A stretch of 54,626 bases of DNA, counting the filler, from Catajapyx aquilonaris (taxonomy: Eukaryota), in NCBI GenBank assembly GCA_000934665.2. It is 2 parts of 2 records of this genome, joined end to end, with 100 filler letters (N's around TTAATTAATTAA, not from the genome) between each part and the next. Parts side by side here need not be neighbours in the genome. Positions count along the whole stretch, not along the records: positions 1 to 27,066 come from JYFJ02005119.1; 1 more part is not named here. One strand, 5' to 3'. Positions 12,901 through 26,975 of this stretch are shown piece by piece (position 1 is the first letter of the stretch; each line of letters begins with the position of its first letter). The position numbers and the translations under genes are program-made. The notes beneath the pieces are model-generated. The model did not search any database, was not told where the DNA came from, and saw only the letters and a list, made by a program, of their open reading frames with translations.

Positions 12901-15900
12901 CTTACACAGTACAGTAGACAGTGCTGTTCTAGTCCTGCAGACAATGAAATGGCATGGAACAAAAATTAATGTGGTGGAAAATTAATTCCAAAGGCACTGT
13001 CTCCCTACTAATAGGGTCACTTATAGAGAAAAGCAAAATCTGAAATGCACTGATACAGATATACAGTATGGCTACTGAAACGATAAGAACAGTAATAAAG
13101 AGAGGTGTATATGATTGTGATGTGTAAGACTAAATATGACTCACTTTACAAAAGAGCATAGTATGCAGCACCATCATATATTAAGAGGTCGAAAAAACGA
13201 CATGGCACTGTGACGGATCGTTAATATTCTGTCTTCCAGGTGGACCAACCCCAAGGGGATACAAATCGGCAGTCTTCAAGCCTGCTGTTGGAGAAAGACC
13301 ACTTACATCATTTTATTTACGTGCCTGTAGAACTTGATCATTTTCATAAAATAATCTCCCGTATCAGCCTGACCACACAATCGTCCGTGGTCGGTCCTCC
13401 ACAGCACATCCGCAAGCTCGTAAGTAGAATGAAAGTCCCCAATCCAGCCGCAACACTCTCGTTGTCAACTCATTTTTGGTGTATTCAGCTCGTTGCAGTC
13501 TCAGAAGCAGCGTAGGAAGAGATTCATGATGTACCATGTCCAGCATCCCACGTTCCCACCACTGATGATTCTGTGGAAGGCTGTTCCTGTCACAATCCAG
13601 CGTCGCCTTTACTCGGACAGACGACATCAGCATAAGCTCTGCAAATATCAGAAAGTAGAAGGTAAGTCCATGTGTGGAAAAGTAATCAACAACAATATAA
13701 TGAAGTCCTGAAAGGAAAACGGCTAGTCACATTTTAGACAAAATTAAATTGTGTAGTGTCAGCAAAATGGCATGATCGTTATTGACTTGGCAGGAACAAG
13801 TAAACCGCAGAACCCACAGAATCTGTGGGGGTATACAAAGGTTCATTGTGGGATCAAAGAATCAGTGTGGAGTACTCAGGTCGTGACCCCCAAACGTCAA
13901 GGTAGCTTCAAGATCCCGTGTTTCAAAGAGAAAAATGACATGGGATCCCTTTTTCAGGCTAACGTACTGTATCAGGTTGTCGTCCGTGTTAGCTTCAGTA
14001 CAGAGAAAACTTCGGGTTGACACCGCCTTGACACCGCCAGCCGGAAAAAACACATTAGGCCCTATCTAGTGACATGCAAGGGTAAAAGGTGGCCATGCGA
14101 GAGGTCATGTTCATTCACCCAGGTTCGTTGACTCCCAAGCTGACAATTGGTCATACACAGATCGCAGCTTTAAAAAGCGATATCTCAGGTTAGGCTACCA
14201 CATAGGCTCATATCTTATGTTTCATACCCTTTGAAAGAACTAGTGCAGGAAAAATACAATATTGGTTACTCACTGCAGTAGGCTTTAAAAAATTTCGTTG
14301 TAATCTGCAGTTCAGAATTCTAGAAAACGCGATACTTTGCCTCTTTCTTTTATCCTCTCAGATTTTGACCTAAAGGCATGCTCGGCCTTACTCGAGATTC
14401 TAAGTGATTAATGAAATTTTAATCTGGATTTTTAATCCGGCCTTAGTCTACCTGGCTTTAAAAGCGGCCTTTCATTAGTTGGTTACTCTTATACGGCTAC
14501 ATGTTCATTGAAAAATAAATGAGTTGGAATTATTACGTCACACAAGGCAAAGGGGCTCGAGATTTGACAGCAGTACCTAGGAGTCTGGGATGTTTCTATA
14601 AACGTCTCTCATCCTTCCCTTCTCTTTGTAGTGATTGACTCCAGAACGTCTGCGTTATCTTATGCATTACAATCTGGTACAGTACTTATAACAGAGTAGT
14701 GGCCATTATTCAAATGCATTTCTAGCCCTTGGCAGGTAAGAGAGACGGTATATCTCACGTCATTATTATATTCATGTTCGTCCAAGGGGCTTTCCGGTTG
14801 AACAAGAGACCATGGCATTTATTGGAGCATAAGATATTCTCGTTTCTGTATATACTTGTATGCTGAGTACACACTGCCTTGAAGGCACTTCAATTAAAAT
14901 AGGGACAACTTGGCAAGCTCAAGGTCTTTCTAGGAGTCTCTATTTTTTCCCAATTTTGTGATGTCTACATTTATCCGACTTTACAATACGTTCTCAACGT
15001 CGCGTCGTGTTCAATTCATTTGAATTCTCCCTAGACACAAATCAACTGGGTCTGAATTGCAGTCTCACGGATCAAGACTTTAAGTCCTTTCTCACCATCA
15101 ATAGCAACCTGGACAGGTCAACAAAAAGGAAAAACAAAGAGCACGTGTCCGAGACTGGCATTGTTGTAAGAAGGGGTAAAACCCACCCTTGCACAGCTGA
15201 CGGGGTATAATCTATCTTCATGATCCGCACGGCAATCTTTGTACCACTTATCGGTGGACACCCCCTATAATTGATCTCGTTGGTTCGTAAACATCCTAAG
15301 CGCTATTTTTCTCCCCTCTATATTGAGTTAAGAGTGACAACTTGATCGGTATTGACTACTTGTAAATAACTAATATTTCCGAATATTTCGTCAGAAGTCC
15401 TTATGCATTTTTGTTCGGCGCAGTTCGCTCAACTTCAATAATCAGGATTTGCATGTACGGCTCGCATGAATTAAAACGTGCCAATCATTACCTGGCTGAA
15501 AATGATTGAAGAAGGCTCTGCGTTCTAGTATCTTTAATAATAATCGGGCAGCCCAGCCCACTTTTTAGATGGCAGTCATGTTACGAGCTGCAAAACTCCA
15601 GGGAGTTTCAGCCATTAATTAATCCCCATCAACTTTTCACAGCTGCACTAAAATTGGATTTCCCAGGTTGACATTTGAAAATGAGCAACAATTTGAATCC
15701 TCCCGATTATTATTACTGCGGGTGTTCGTGTGTGCGCGCGTGTGTGTTTGGGAGGGGGGGGGGGAGATGGGATAATAATAGCTAGTAGTAATATCAGTTG
15801 GTGAATCACTGGGTTTGGCTTAACAAGGTGGAGATTCATCAGGGGAATAAGGGGCAGAGATTGGGAGGCAGAGATAGTGCAAGAGAAGGCCTTAGTGCAA

Positions 15901-18900
15901 CTCAGATCCAATTCGTTGTGTCCGGGATGTTGGCGCCCCTCCACCGATCCCTGGGACCCACAAAAACACCGACTAATAGACGAGGCCATTATTTCAAGTG
16001 TCAAGAGATTTCCTTCACGAACATCGACCCAGCCCTTGCTTTTACCATACCTACACCCTTCACAATGTCATTTCGAACACCGTGACTAGTGTCAAGGGTT
16101 GTTACGAGAAGACACTTGCTAAATGCCAGCAGGAACCACTTTTTGTGCTCAATGTACGCAATGTGTGGAGTTATTTTCTCCTTTGTTATTACTCAGCTTG
16201 TCTTTCTCAGCTGCCATCAGTCGCTCATACACCAGCAAAAAAGTGTCATAACATTGTAAAATCAGCCAGGCCTTTGCCACTTGCTGGCAAGCTTTGATCC
16301 TTCCAGTTTTCCACCAAGGCAATATTTGTTGTGGTCGTCGATTTTTTTACCGCAGCTAACGCCTACATGATTCAGTGTCTGATGTCAACGTCACGCGTGT
16401 ATATCAATCTTTGGCATATACTCATATAGGCCAGGGGGCTCCAATCTCTCATAGTCATAAACACCCTCCACCATTTTGGTGTAAGATACCGGGCATTATG
16501 GACGCCGATAGACCGTAGGAGGTTGAGTGCATCCCACCCATCCCGCCCCCCTCACCCTGCCAGCATTTCTAAATGCTACAGGCGTGGTCTCTAGATCGAT
16601 GGAATTGGGAAAGAACGACTTTTAAAAGTTTAGGCGAAAAAAAAGACTCTGGAACTTGCTCCATGCAAAAAAACAAAAAAAGGGTCGAACTTAAGGATTC
16701 GCAAATAAAATTTGAAGCATTGGGCAGGAATAGTCGGCCTTTACTCTGGATCATTAGGTTACAATACGCAATGCAAATAATCGAGGAATTCATCCAATGT
16801 ATTCAGATCATGTTCCCTAGAAATAGTTGTCAGAACTAATATGCACAAAAAGAGAAGGAAAAGCTAGGTTCCATCTTCCATGCCACTTCATCGGGATTTT
16901 TAATTAACGTGCGGTTATTTCGTGCCTTCATAGTATGCCAGATCAGACTTGAACCATGCCTTGATATGGATTGATCATGCACTTGACCTTTACATCGTCT
17001 GGTTATTGGCACTTCTTTGCGTGGTCGACGGCTGTATAGGCTACTCAATAATTCTGCTTCCACGTGTCGCTTCTAGCAGTAATTTTAGCATTACCTGCTA
17101 TCCTTCAAGGAAGTACTGTTATGACATTCTTATTAAGCAACTGCACCCTGGTCTTCTCTGACACGCGCCATGCCCGACCTCTGAACAAACTGCATTTTGT
17201 TGTTGTTGTTGCTTCGCTGGCTAGAAAATTCAGGGATCACAGAGCAAATCTCATTTTGGCATAAGCAGTGGAATGTGGCTGCAGTCTGCGTCGTTAACAT
17301 CAGCCAAGTGATGGCCGATAAAAAAATGCGGGTTACCGGGTCAAATGCTTGCAAAGAGGAAGGGCAGCCCCAACTGCAGCCCTGCACCACCTCAATTCAC
17401 TCCGACATCCTGTGAAATGATCGACGTCGGTGCAGGGAAATGAGCAGGTGATATTCAAATGAAATGGTGCAGTGACAGATGACCTGCGAAAAAAATCGAA
17501 TGAAAATGCGAATCTCCTGCACAGCTGCAGATTGTTGTTTTTCCCAATATAACAAATGACACATGCCATTCTTCATTTCAGTGCTATTTTACTTCTTCAG
17601 CATGTGACGTATTAATGCAGCGTACATTTGAACAGCCGCTATAGTTACGAAAATATGGTATCCCATGTTCAGTTCTGTTCAAACACAGTCAAGAGTGAGC
17701 ATGACATTTTTTATTGTGGCGTATGAATAGTTTTGCGCCCCAATAATAACGCCAATGCGATAAAGCATTGGTTCGCAAATACGGATCGTAATCCAAATCA
17801 AGGTCGCCAAAAGCAAGCTTTTTGAAAATACAGGGCTTTAGAGCGCTGTGTAAATCATAACGAATTCATATGCTAAATATGTTTTATCGGGACAGTTCCC
17901 CTAGGCTACGTCCCTCATATGCAGATGTTTCTGTATATGCCAGTTGCATACTCATATTTTAAAAGCCACTTCGGGGAAGTAAACGTCTTTACTCTTACAA
18001 GTAACGCTTCACTCTTGCAACAAGAAGTGCATGTACTGTATCATACTAGAGTGTAAAAACCTCAAGTGCAGAATAAATCGGGTGATTTCAAAATGAAATG
18101 AAAGTTTAGAGATTTCATTATCCATTATGACATTGTATACTCCATGAATAATGCTGATTACTGTGTTAGTTCCATATATCCCAGTCCCGCAAACAAAACT
18201 TGTGAAACTATACACACATGTGACCAACAGACTACAATAAAACCAAGTCTGTCACAAACACTCGCTGCACTATTACTAATATGACGCCCTTGACACCGCG
18301 CTTTTTCTCAATAAAGGACAGACGTCAGACAACAATAATTTCAGCAGAGGGCCATTTATTGGAACTGCTTAGGCTCCCCATTTATTCGCATTAACAGGTG
18401 GCGGTCGTAAAAGAAGATTAGTGCAATTGGCCACCAGCCAGCCACACATTGCCCTTGCATGTTAGGTAACAGCCTTGACCGTCTCTATACAGGTCACGAA
18501 TCATAGTCACCAGATTTTGACACGTCGTATGCGCTCCCGAGCCTGCATTTTGGATGCAGTCCATGTCGAGTTATGACTCTTATCGAGGACGACCCAGTTT
18601 GTGAGATAACCTCCCAGCTGCCAGTGTTTCCACGCGATGTTTGTCAACTTTGCTTTTCCCACCTTCCTCTGCCATTCCCTAACGTTGATTCTCTCGTGTT
18701 GCACAATGGGCCAAATGGTGCAATTACTTTCCAATGTGTTTAACGGCTTGGCCACCTCCACTTTAGCAAATAACAGGGGACTGGAGGCCTGAATAGGGCT
18801 GGGTGCTCCAAAGTGTTAGGCCGGGAACAAATGGTGGTCCTTGCGGGATGACGTACCGGCGGTCCTTGGCCCTGGCACTGCGGCAGGGGCAAGAAATGTG

Positions 18901-21319
18901 CGTATACCCAAGGGCACTCCGTTTGTTTCGAATCTCCCACAATGATATTACATCATTTGAATGAAAATTGTTCGCAAATGAGGACCGGCTGACAGAGAGT
19001 GAATATCCATAACAATGCGGATGCAAGGCACTCTGTTTACACCACCCATGACGTGATATAATTATTTATGAAATGAGCGCGCGTGTTAGAACATCTAGCG
19101 TAAAACGGCATTGGAAACGGGCCGCTAAACGATACCCCAGCCCTGGAAAATTTGTTTCAACAGCCGAACCTGACACCCCTCATCACTCGAAACGACCTGT
19201 GGTGCCACTCGCAATCCTACCCCGTCCCAGGCCAGCAGAGACTGTGCTCCGAAAATGTTTGTTGCCATAGTCAAGCAATGGAGGCAGCAGATAGGAGCCC
19301 ACTAATGAAATCGTCGCAGCATCGGAGGACGACTATACTACAACCCAGTGTGGCATCAGGATCGACCGAATTCGTCTCATTATAGGAGAGGAGTCATCAA
19401 GGGGCGGGGGCAGTGCTTGGCAGCCCATGGGCCACGGGCTCCGTCGACGTCGTCGGTGGTGTACTGTGACGTCAGTTGGGCCTTGGCGCGGTGCCTTTGC
19501 GCCCTGGGCGTCGCCGGCGTCGCTCTTTCCATCCAGTTGGGCGCCGGCTATTCTCCAAAGCGCCAACATTTCGAGCGCCTCTTCTGCTGCGTGGATGGGG
19601 AACTTGTTCTGAGGACGAGCACCACTATTTTTTTTTCTTAGTTGACTTCACAACTTCAGTGTTGTTCATTAGTGAGCTAAAGGTTTCCCATTGCCCGCTG
19701 GCCTTCGCAAGTAAGTACAGTTTCTCTTATATCCACCTCCCTCCAGGTATAAAGTCATTACGTTCGCTGCTAGTTTTACTACGCGCCAGCTGCAAGTAAA
19801 CTCTGGATAACTGCAATAATTGTAATTGCAATGGAACCTAAAATAATACGTGGCCACGCCAATATGTACGTTAAAAAGTCTTATCGTCATACGGCATAAA
19901 GTCCATTCGGGTAGGCCAAGGAGCTATCAATACGACGTGCCAGTAACGACCGTGACCATGGCATTAGGCGAATGATTATTCAGACCTCTCGCATGGATTA
20001 CTGAGAATGACACTGTTTGTTTTACATGCCTGCGCTGCTTAAGAAAGCCCTTTAAGGATTCGCCGTGCTATCTCAAGCATTCAAATCAACTTTCTCACTA
20101 TTCTTTATACATGCAATTTAGCTTAAGAAAATGTTTCAATCTTAGTTTCACGCTGCGGTGTGAGACTAATAAATATTGATCTCCATTGCAAATGATTACA
20201 AAGCAGCCCGAATCATTATCCAGGGCCCTACCTACCTTCGCAATGTGATGTACAAATACCACAGTTCTCTGGATATCGATCTAGAAATATGCAAATAAGT
20301 CCGCACTTTTTTATTCGAACTTGCCCTAATAAATCTAGACAGATATATCCAGAACAAATATATCCAGAAAAAAAAATCAGTCATCAAATCCTACTCAGAC
20401 TGCTCAAACCACTTCAAAAGTACCAGCAATAAATACGGCTGCGTCATAGTCCCCACACGCGCGGCAGCATTTCTCAATATATGCATGCATTAGCAACTTC
20501 TGCACAGGCCATGACTGCTAAATACCCTATAATTCCCGCAGAGCTGATGCGTGTGTAAGTCAAGAGTCCGCTGGCTCGGCCGTGTAGGTTGAAATAGTCT
20601 CACGTTTTGGCAACGACAAATGTTTCCCAGCAGTCCTCATAAATTGTCAGGATGGATTCTTATTCCGTTCCCGAGCTTTTCACCTGCTCTGAGGGTTTCT
20701 TGGCCGGTGTTATATGGCTGCGGGCTGGGGGATGGGCGTAATTCACTCCCAAGAAACCGTGTATGCAGCGCTTTTCCCCGCAACTTAATCGGAAATTGCA
20801 TTGAGAGAAAATCTTGTTCGGGGCTTCTTCAAATTGAATTTCTAGCAAGCACAAACACCGCTTTTATGTGCCGGGGAAAAAGACAGGCTTCTTTCCACAC
20901 CATATACACTCCTTACGAATTATTACCACGCCATAGTGGACCCCGAAAATCGCACGGAAATATACCGCCTGTTTTGCCGAGTCTCTTACGGATGCGGCAC
21001 CATCTACACGTCACTGTTATTGCACAAGAGCCTCGGAGCACAATGCCTTTAAAAAATGGTCTTTTGATGCGCTCAATCGCGGCGAAAGAAGGAGCTTGGG
21101 AAATAACTTTACCCCGTGACTATCGGCAGTTATCATTGCTAATGTAGGTCAAATCACTTTAGTGATTTTATTCCGTATCACAATCGAATATTTGCTAATT
21201 AATCTTAATAATAAATTACATTATTAGTGACAATTTTCTTGCGGTATTTCCAGGTAATGAATACCCGGGGGACCAAACGAGGGAGGAGGTGAGGAGGAGA
21301 GGAGCACAGTGTAGGTCAA

Positions 21320-21770
21320 ATGACTTTAGGACTAGTAAGCAACTGCAGCCTGGATGGATTGGGTGAAGGACTGTGCCTGTGGGACACCAGCGGCGAGCAG
21401 GAGGCGCTGGACGTGGACCTGTCCCTCTTGGTCAATGCATCTTCCGGCCTGACCTCTGACCCAGAAGTGGGACCCGACCCTGCGTTTGCGCGATTCCGGG
21501 ACGACTCCCGCTTCTGGATCCAGAGGATCCTGGTGCCCCTTGTGGTGGTGGTGGGTGTGGTTGGAAATGCGGTCACCATGGTGGTCTTGACCCGTCGGCG
21601 GATGAGAAGTTCCACCAACATCTACCTCACCGCTCTTGCCATCTCGGACCTGCTCTACCTGGTCTTCATGTTCACTCTCTCATTTGGGCACTACCCACAC
21701 ATCCACGACACAAAGTACATCTACTACTGGAAGTACTGGGGATTTGGCGTCTGGCTCACTGATGCTACCA
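21320..21770 (+). CDS. Proc-R: Rhodopsin-class neuropeptide GPCR, proctolin-receptor-like (FMRFamide/sex-peptide receptor group); first coding exon only (N-terminus to start of TM3), gene incomplete in window
   Basis: Translation has N-glycosylation sequons (NCS, NAS), TM1 (ILVPLVVVVGVVGN), ICL1 (TRRRMRSSTNIYL), TM2 (LAISDLLYL) and ECL1 (YWKYWGFGVWLTDA). From recall this resembles insect proctolin receptors; no search was run. Acceptor TTTCCAG ends at 21253 and a phase-1 donor GTAAGT starts at 21771. GPCR status is secure; the subtype is less so. Confidence 0.85.
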
Positions 21771-24700
21771 GTAAGTACATTACGCCCGATTACTTACATT
21801 GTATGATTTGTTCTACACAATCTTTGTCATGGATGCATGGGTGCAACACTGCTTCAGTTTTGGTGCAATATTTAATTTGCAATTTAATTCAGACGCCACT
21901 GTAACGTTTCGCTCGATGAACAGTGCGGAGGATGGGCCGGAACGGACAGGATCATGGCGCGAATAGAATCAGACCACTAAATTTTGACACTGAAACGCGA
22001 CAAACCAACCTAAATTGACATTGACGGGAGATTGTCCAGCACATTCTCACAGAAAAATATCAGAGTTAAGTCATATGTCTCATTTTGGCGATTCAAGTGA
22101 GATATCTACTTCGACTCACCTACACTATTTCACATGTGCATTAATGTTCTACATTACAATGTCTTGACTCTAGTTCCCAACTGTAAATGCAAAGGAAATG
22201 ATTTTACTCGATGTAACCCTCCGCATAATGATTTTAGTATAGGTAAGCCAAAAATATGGTTGAAGGGTGTCCCATCATGTGGCATCAAGCCGCGATCATC
22301 TATGTAGGCGTCGTGGAAGAAAGAAGTGCAAAGAATGAGAAATCTTCGCAATATAGCCCTGCTTACACTCAGTGGCCTGGCCATTTTTACAGTTGGGAGG
22401 GCTCCTTCACTTGTGACGGCTCCGGTGGACCTTATCACCGCGGAACCATCAATCGAAGCCAATGCATGCAACCCAAGCTATACTATACATCATCCTAGAA
22501 TATCCTAGATAACAGAGACCATCAAGGATACACGCGGAGAGGGCCAGTCAGGAAGGTCGGCAGCACCCGATTCCAACCTGTAAATAGGACCCTTTGAAAT
22601 AACTACCTGATGCCCAACCCACCTGCAATTCACTACTATAGTCCACTACAAATAACCTAGGGCAGGGTATTCAGGGTTGGTCTAACTTTACATGCGCTTT
22701 TATATCCAGTGACGCCAATTAAAGGTCGCGTTATTGTACCAGTTTTAAACGGCGCGTAGTTAGACAACTTCTCATATAAGTTTTATACCATATACATTTA
22801 CCGGTATATTCTCTGAACATTTCTGGAAAACATTTCCTACATCTTGCGCTAATTCGAGAAATATTGCAGGATATTTTCTTATACAGTATTCTTATATCCC
22901 ATATTATACTGCATAAGGCTGCAGCTGTTTCCTCTGGCAATTCTTGCTCGCTAGCAGCCTGCAACTTCACCGCTTTTCAACAGTCACCTGCACTCTACCT
23001 ACTATTAAACTTTCAATATCTTAGAGTAAATCTAGAGAGATATTACAATCGACGCCCACAATGCCTGGTTCGCATTAGTACCGCGCAGGCATCCTCATAA
23101 TTAGTGCTGAACTTTGCAATACGTTACAAGAAAAGCGACCGACACGTAAACTCAATTGGATTACCGCCAAGAAAGCGCCTTAAGCTTTCAGGCAACCGTT
23201 CATCCATTACATTAGAGTACTTCTCCGCTTACAATTGCCCGTGATTACAGAGCAGCAAGCTCAGGTCTACCTCCCATTCCGCTCATTACGGAAAGAGTAT
23301 TCTGCTTGCCAACACTATTTTCTCTCTCTTCTTTCCCCGCTCGTGCAAGATCTTCTCTCCGAACAAAAAAGTGGAGTAAGATTTACGATACTCCTATACT
23401 GGGATATGGAGGATTCCTTATTTTTGCAATCTATCACTCGTAATAGGTTGGAACGCTCCTATAGTTGGAGGTCTGCAAGCTCAAGAAGCTGGCTTCAAAG
23501 GCAGGCAGGCAGGGGGCATTAAAACAAATGGATCCGCACTTGTCAAAGTTGCTTGAGGACCCCTGGAGTCATCTCCCGCCTGCTGCATGGGAGGTTTCCA
23601 AGTGTCGCCAACAGTAATTAGGAGGGTTTGGTGACTGCGTTTGGCTGGGGTGGTCACGTGTTCCCCACCTAATCCGTGCATCAGCCCTTAATCTATTCAT
23701 TAGGGTAACGAATGCTGGGTTGTCAGGAGGAAAGTAGGCCTAATCCGTTCCGTCTCGCCCACCGCTTCCAAAGGAAACTCATGGTGCTCGAGTCCACTTG
23801 GCACCGTTTTTGAGGGTTGGCCTGCTGAATCAGTGCCGAGGGAAAAATATATAGCGAATTCTCAGAGACAGTTGGCGCACCCCCTTCAGCCTGTAAATGC
23901 TAAACCACATATAATTCCCCCCTCCCTTTGCTGGTCTTATGCGCATCTAGGTTATCTGATGCTATTGGGGTACTCGCTGCCCAAAAGGTTTCTAGTACAT
24001 ACGCAGTTAGGCAATTAGGGTGCTTTAGTAATACTTCATGAGCTTGCACGGATAGGGCATTATTTTGCTGACTATGCACGATTCTCGGATGGCTTTTCTG
24101 TTCTTGGATGTAATTAACACCGGTGCATACATTACGCTGTGTGCTACACATTTCTGAAATTTCCCAAGGCCAATCGCATATCGATTGCAATAATTTCTTT
24201 CTAAAAACCCGAATAGAATTTACATCCGCGTTCTGGACCATAATTTAAGTAAAATTGGAGTAACAAACAGGATCTAAAAGCCGCATGGTTCCTTAGAAAT
24301 GAGCTCTTTGAGAGGCCATGGACCTCATCCTCTTCCCGGGTGAGGGGGGGCAAAAACAGCTCGACATTCAAATCTAGCACCATAATCAATGATGAGCTGC
24401 TGGGGAATTTCGGAATATCCTCTAGCAAAAGTGGTCCATGCAAATATCCCCCTGTGCAAAGGATCCCATTAAAAGTGCACCCGGCACTCGGAAGTCGACG
24501 GGGGTATTTCTCCGGTTATGACGCATATCCCACATACTGTAGTCAACGTGTCTCCTGCCCACATTCTTCCTCCGTTTAAGAGGCTTTTTGCACTAGGGCT
24601 GCCGGATCCCTCTGATGTAGCCCAGTTCTAAAACCCCATTTGGGTCACTCGGAGGAAACCAGTGCATATGTGTTTCCATGATTAGATTTGGGTGAGGGGA

Positions 24701-26041
24701 TGCTGGAAATTGGACCTCGCTGCAAATTTCTAGGCTGCTTGTGGAAATTCGTAGCTATTCGATGCCGTCTGCATGGACCCGGAGTTGATAGTGGCCACTT
24801 GGCCGTCTAATTGCGCTTCATGCGGGGACAGAATTGGTGTCATTAGTAGCAGGGGCCGAGTAATAACGGGTGGGGAGAAAGGAGCTGAAATAGCAGAAGG
24901 AAATGGCATCCAGTTGTAGGAGCACCAACGAGGACTTTGATGTCAGTGGACAAAAGGGCAAATCCCTAGAGCTCTTGTTGAGAGCATGGCGGAAGAACAA
25001 AGGCCGGAAATGTGTAGGGTGCTGTGATTGGTTGCGATCGAGAGTCTGGCATGCGTGTGTGAGTGTGTGTTTGAGAGAGTCGGGATGGGTTGGGAGGAAA
25101 AAAAGCTGTGGGGGATGGGCGTGAGTCGAAAGTGTATGGCCTTTGACCGAGCCTTGTTTTGAGCAAGGAGGTGCCCATGGCTCCTTCTGGAGCATCGCAC
25201 TATAGTCGTCTCAGGAAATGAGCCTGACTTTTTATCTTCCCCTCCCAGCTTCCATTTTCTCTAGAGGGGGGGGAGGAACACGACTCCAGCTCAGCGCTTC
25301 CTTACTTCCACTAGCGGTCTTATACTTCAGGAAGGAAACTGCTGGAATTTCACCTAACTCATTCGTGGGCCCATACTTAATTATCTTCTCAACAGAAAGT
25401 ACTTATACATTGCTCCTTCCAACTTGGAAAATGCTCTCCGGGCTAACTTTCTCAATCATACGAATTGCATTCAACTCCGAGCACATAATAGCGGTGGTTC
25501 ATTGAGATGCACTGTAAAGTTCAATAAAGCAAACCAACTTCTTAGGGATCTTTTGACACATCCCTGTTGTAAGTAAATATTTTATTTTCCGAGCTGTAGA
25601 TCACACAGCTGAAATTAATTGGCTTGTTAGTTGAAGTTGGGCACGCATATTATCAGTAATGTTCATATCCAATATGTCATTCAATATTCATTTATTCCAT
25701 GAAAAAATTCCTAGAATCTTGTTGACGAGAAACCGGATTAAACTTCGTAACATCCCAAAGTTGAAACAAATTGAGCTAAGATTCTTGCTAAACTTTGAGC
25801 GAGAAGTGCTGCTTCAGTGTCGTCCAGTGTTAATCAGAATGCTGTAAGTTATGGATGCAAAACTTTTCACGCAATTTTAGCAGAAATCTGGAAAAAAAGT
25901 TTCGCCTGGAACTCGAGAAGCTGCGAGCAACATTTCAGAAGAATGACTTTAATGCTAAAGAAATTTACTTCCAAAAATAGCCAAAATGAAGCTTAATTGT
26001 TAGTCCCACGTCTTAACTTCCCAACTTCATGTAGGCCTAAC

Positions 26042-26064
26042 CATAGACCTTATTAGGGTCTATG
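26042..26064. mobile_element. 23-bp miniature inverted-repeat insertion with P-element-type CATAG...CTATG termini and a probable 8-bp TSD
   Basis: CATAGACC-ttattag-GGTCTATG (perfect 8-bp inverted repeat) flanked by GGCCTAAC (26034-26041) and AGCCTAAC (26065-26072), 7/8 identical. Confidence 0.55.
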
Positions 26065-26975
26065 AGCCTAACTACTAAGTGAAAGAGAAGTCACTGCAGC
26101 ATATTATGAGAGTAGGTCTCGAAAGTTCTACTTATTTTTTCCTTAGTTAGTGTAAACTTCTATTACTGCAATCCAGCATTCAATATTCAACATGATTTTC
26201 GGACCTCACAAAATGTAAAATAGCTATGGAATTATCACGTAAAAGTCGGCACACAAAATGGATGATACGACTAGAGTCAGAGCAGGGTAAGAAATCTACA
26301 CGAAGCAAATAATGATCATTAATGCTAATATAGGCCTAATAAAAATGAAACGCAATGTAAGAATATTGTTAGCCGTATCTTGCATTGGTTAAATTTTTTA
26401 TAGATGTAGACTACCTCATTTAAGTAACATGAGACACACTCTAATAGTCTAATCTAAAACATTCCTGCAATGATTAAGATTATAAATGTTCAGGAATCTT
26501 ACTATGGAAAGCCCTGTGCCCGTGTAAACATGACGGTGGAAGGAAATTGGACGCCACGGAGTAGGCTTGAACCTGACTTGATGTCATCGATAGGAAGTTC
26601 GCCAAAAACTACGATAATTTATTGAGACCATGCTGTAAACGTGAGAGAGAAAGTAACGCACGCTACATCTTGTTCTGGCCAAGGAACTTGAAAACCACCC
26701 AGTTCAAGATGTATGAAATCGTCTGACAGGAACAAGCTAGAAAGTTCAAATGCAAATCTTCTGGAGCTCTAGAGGCGTGGAAAATTGTGCAGAACATTTC
26801 GGCCATCACTTCAGGAATATTTTACTGGAGCTAGAATGGCACAAATGTATCTGGCAAGTTTGATACATACGTAAACTCTCCATTTAAAATAGAAACATCT
26901 GAATTTTACATTGAACATGTCTCATATGAAGTATGCTGATGTAAGTGGTTATTTCACCGGCCATTCAATCTATAA

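Noticed and set aside
20620..21147. 175-aa ORF upstream of the GPCR
   Set aside because: No recognisable homology or protein-like composition, and it stops before the GPCR acceptor.
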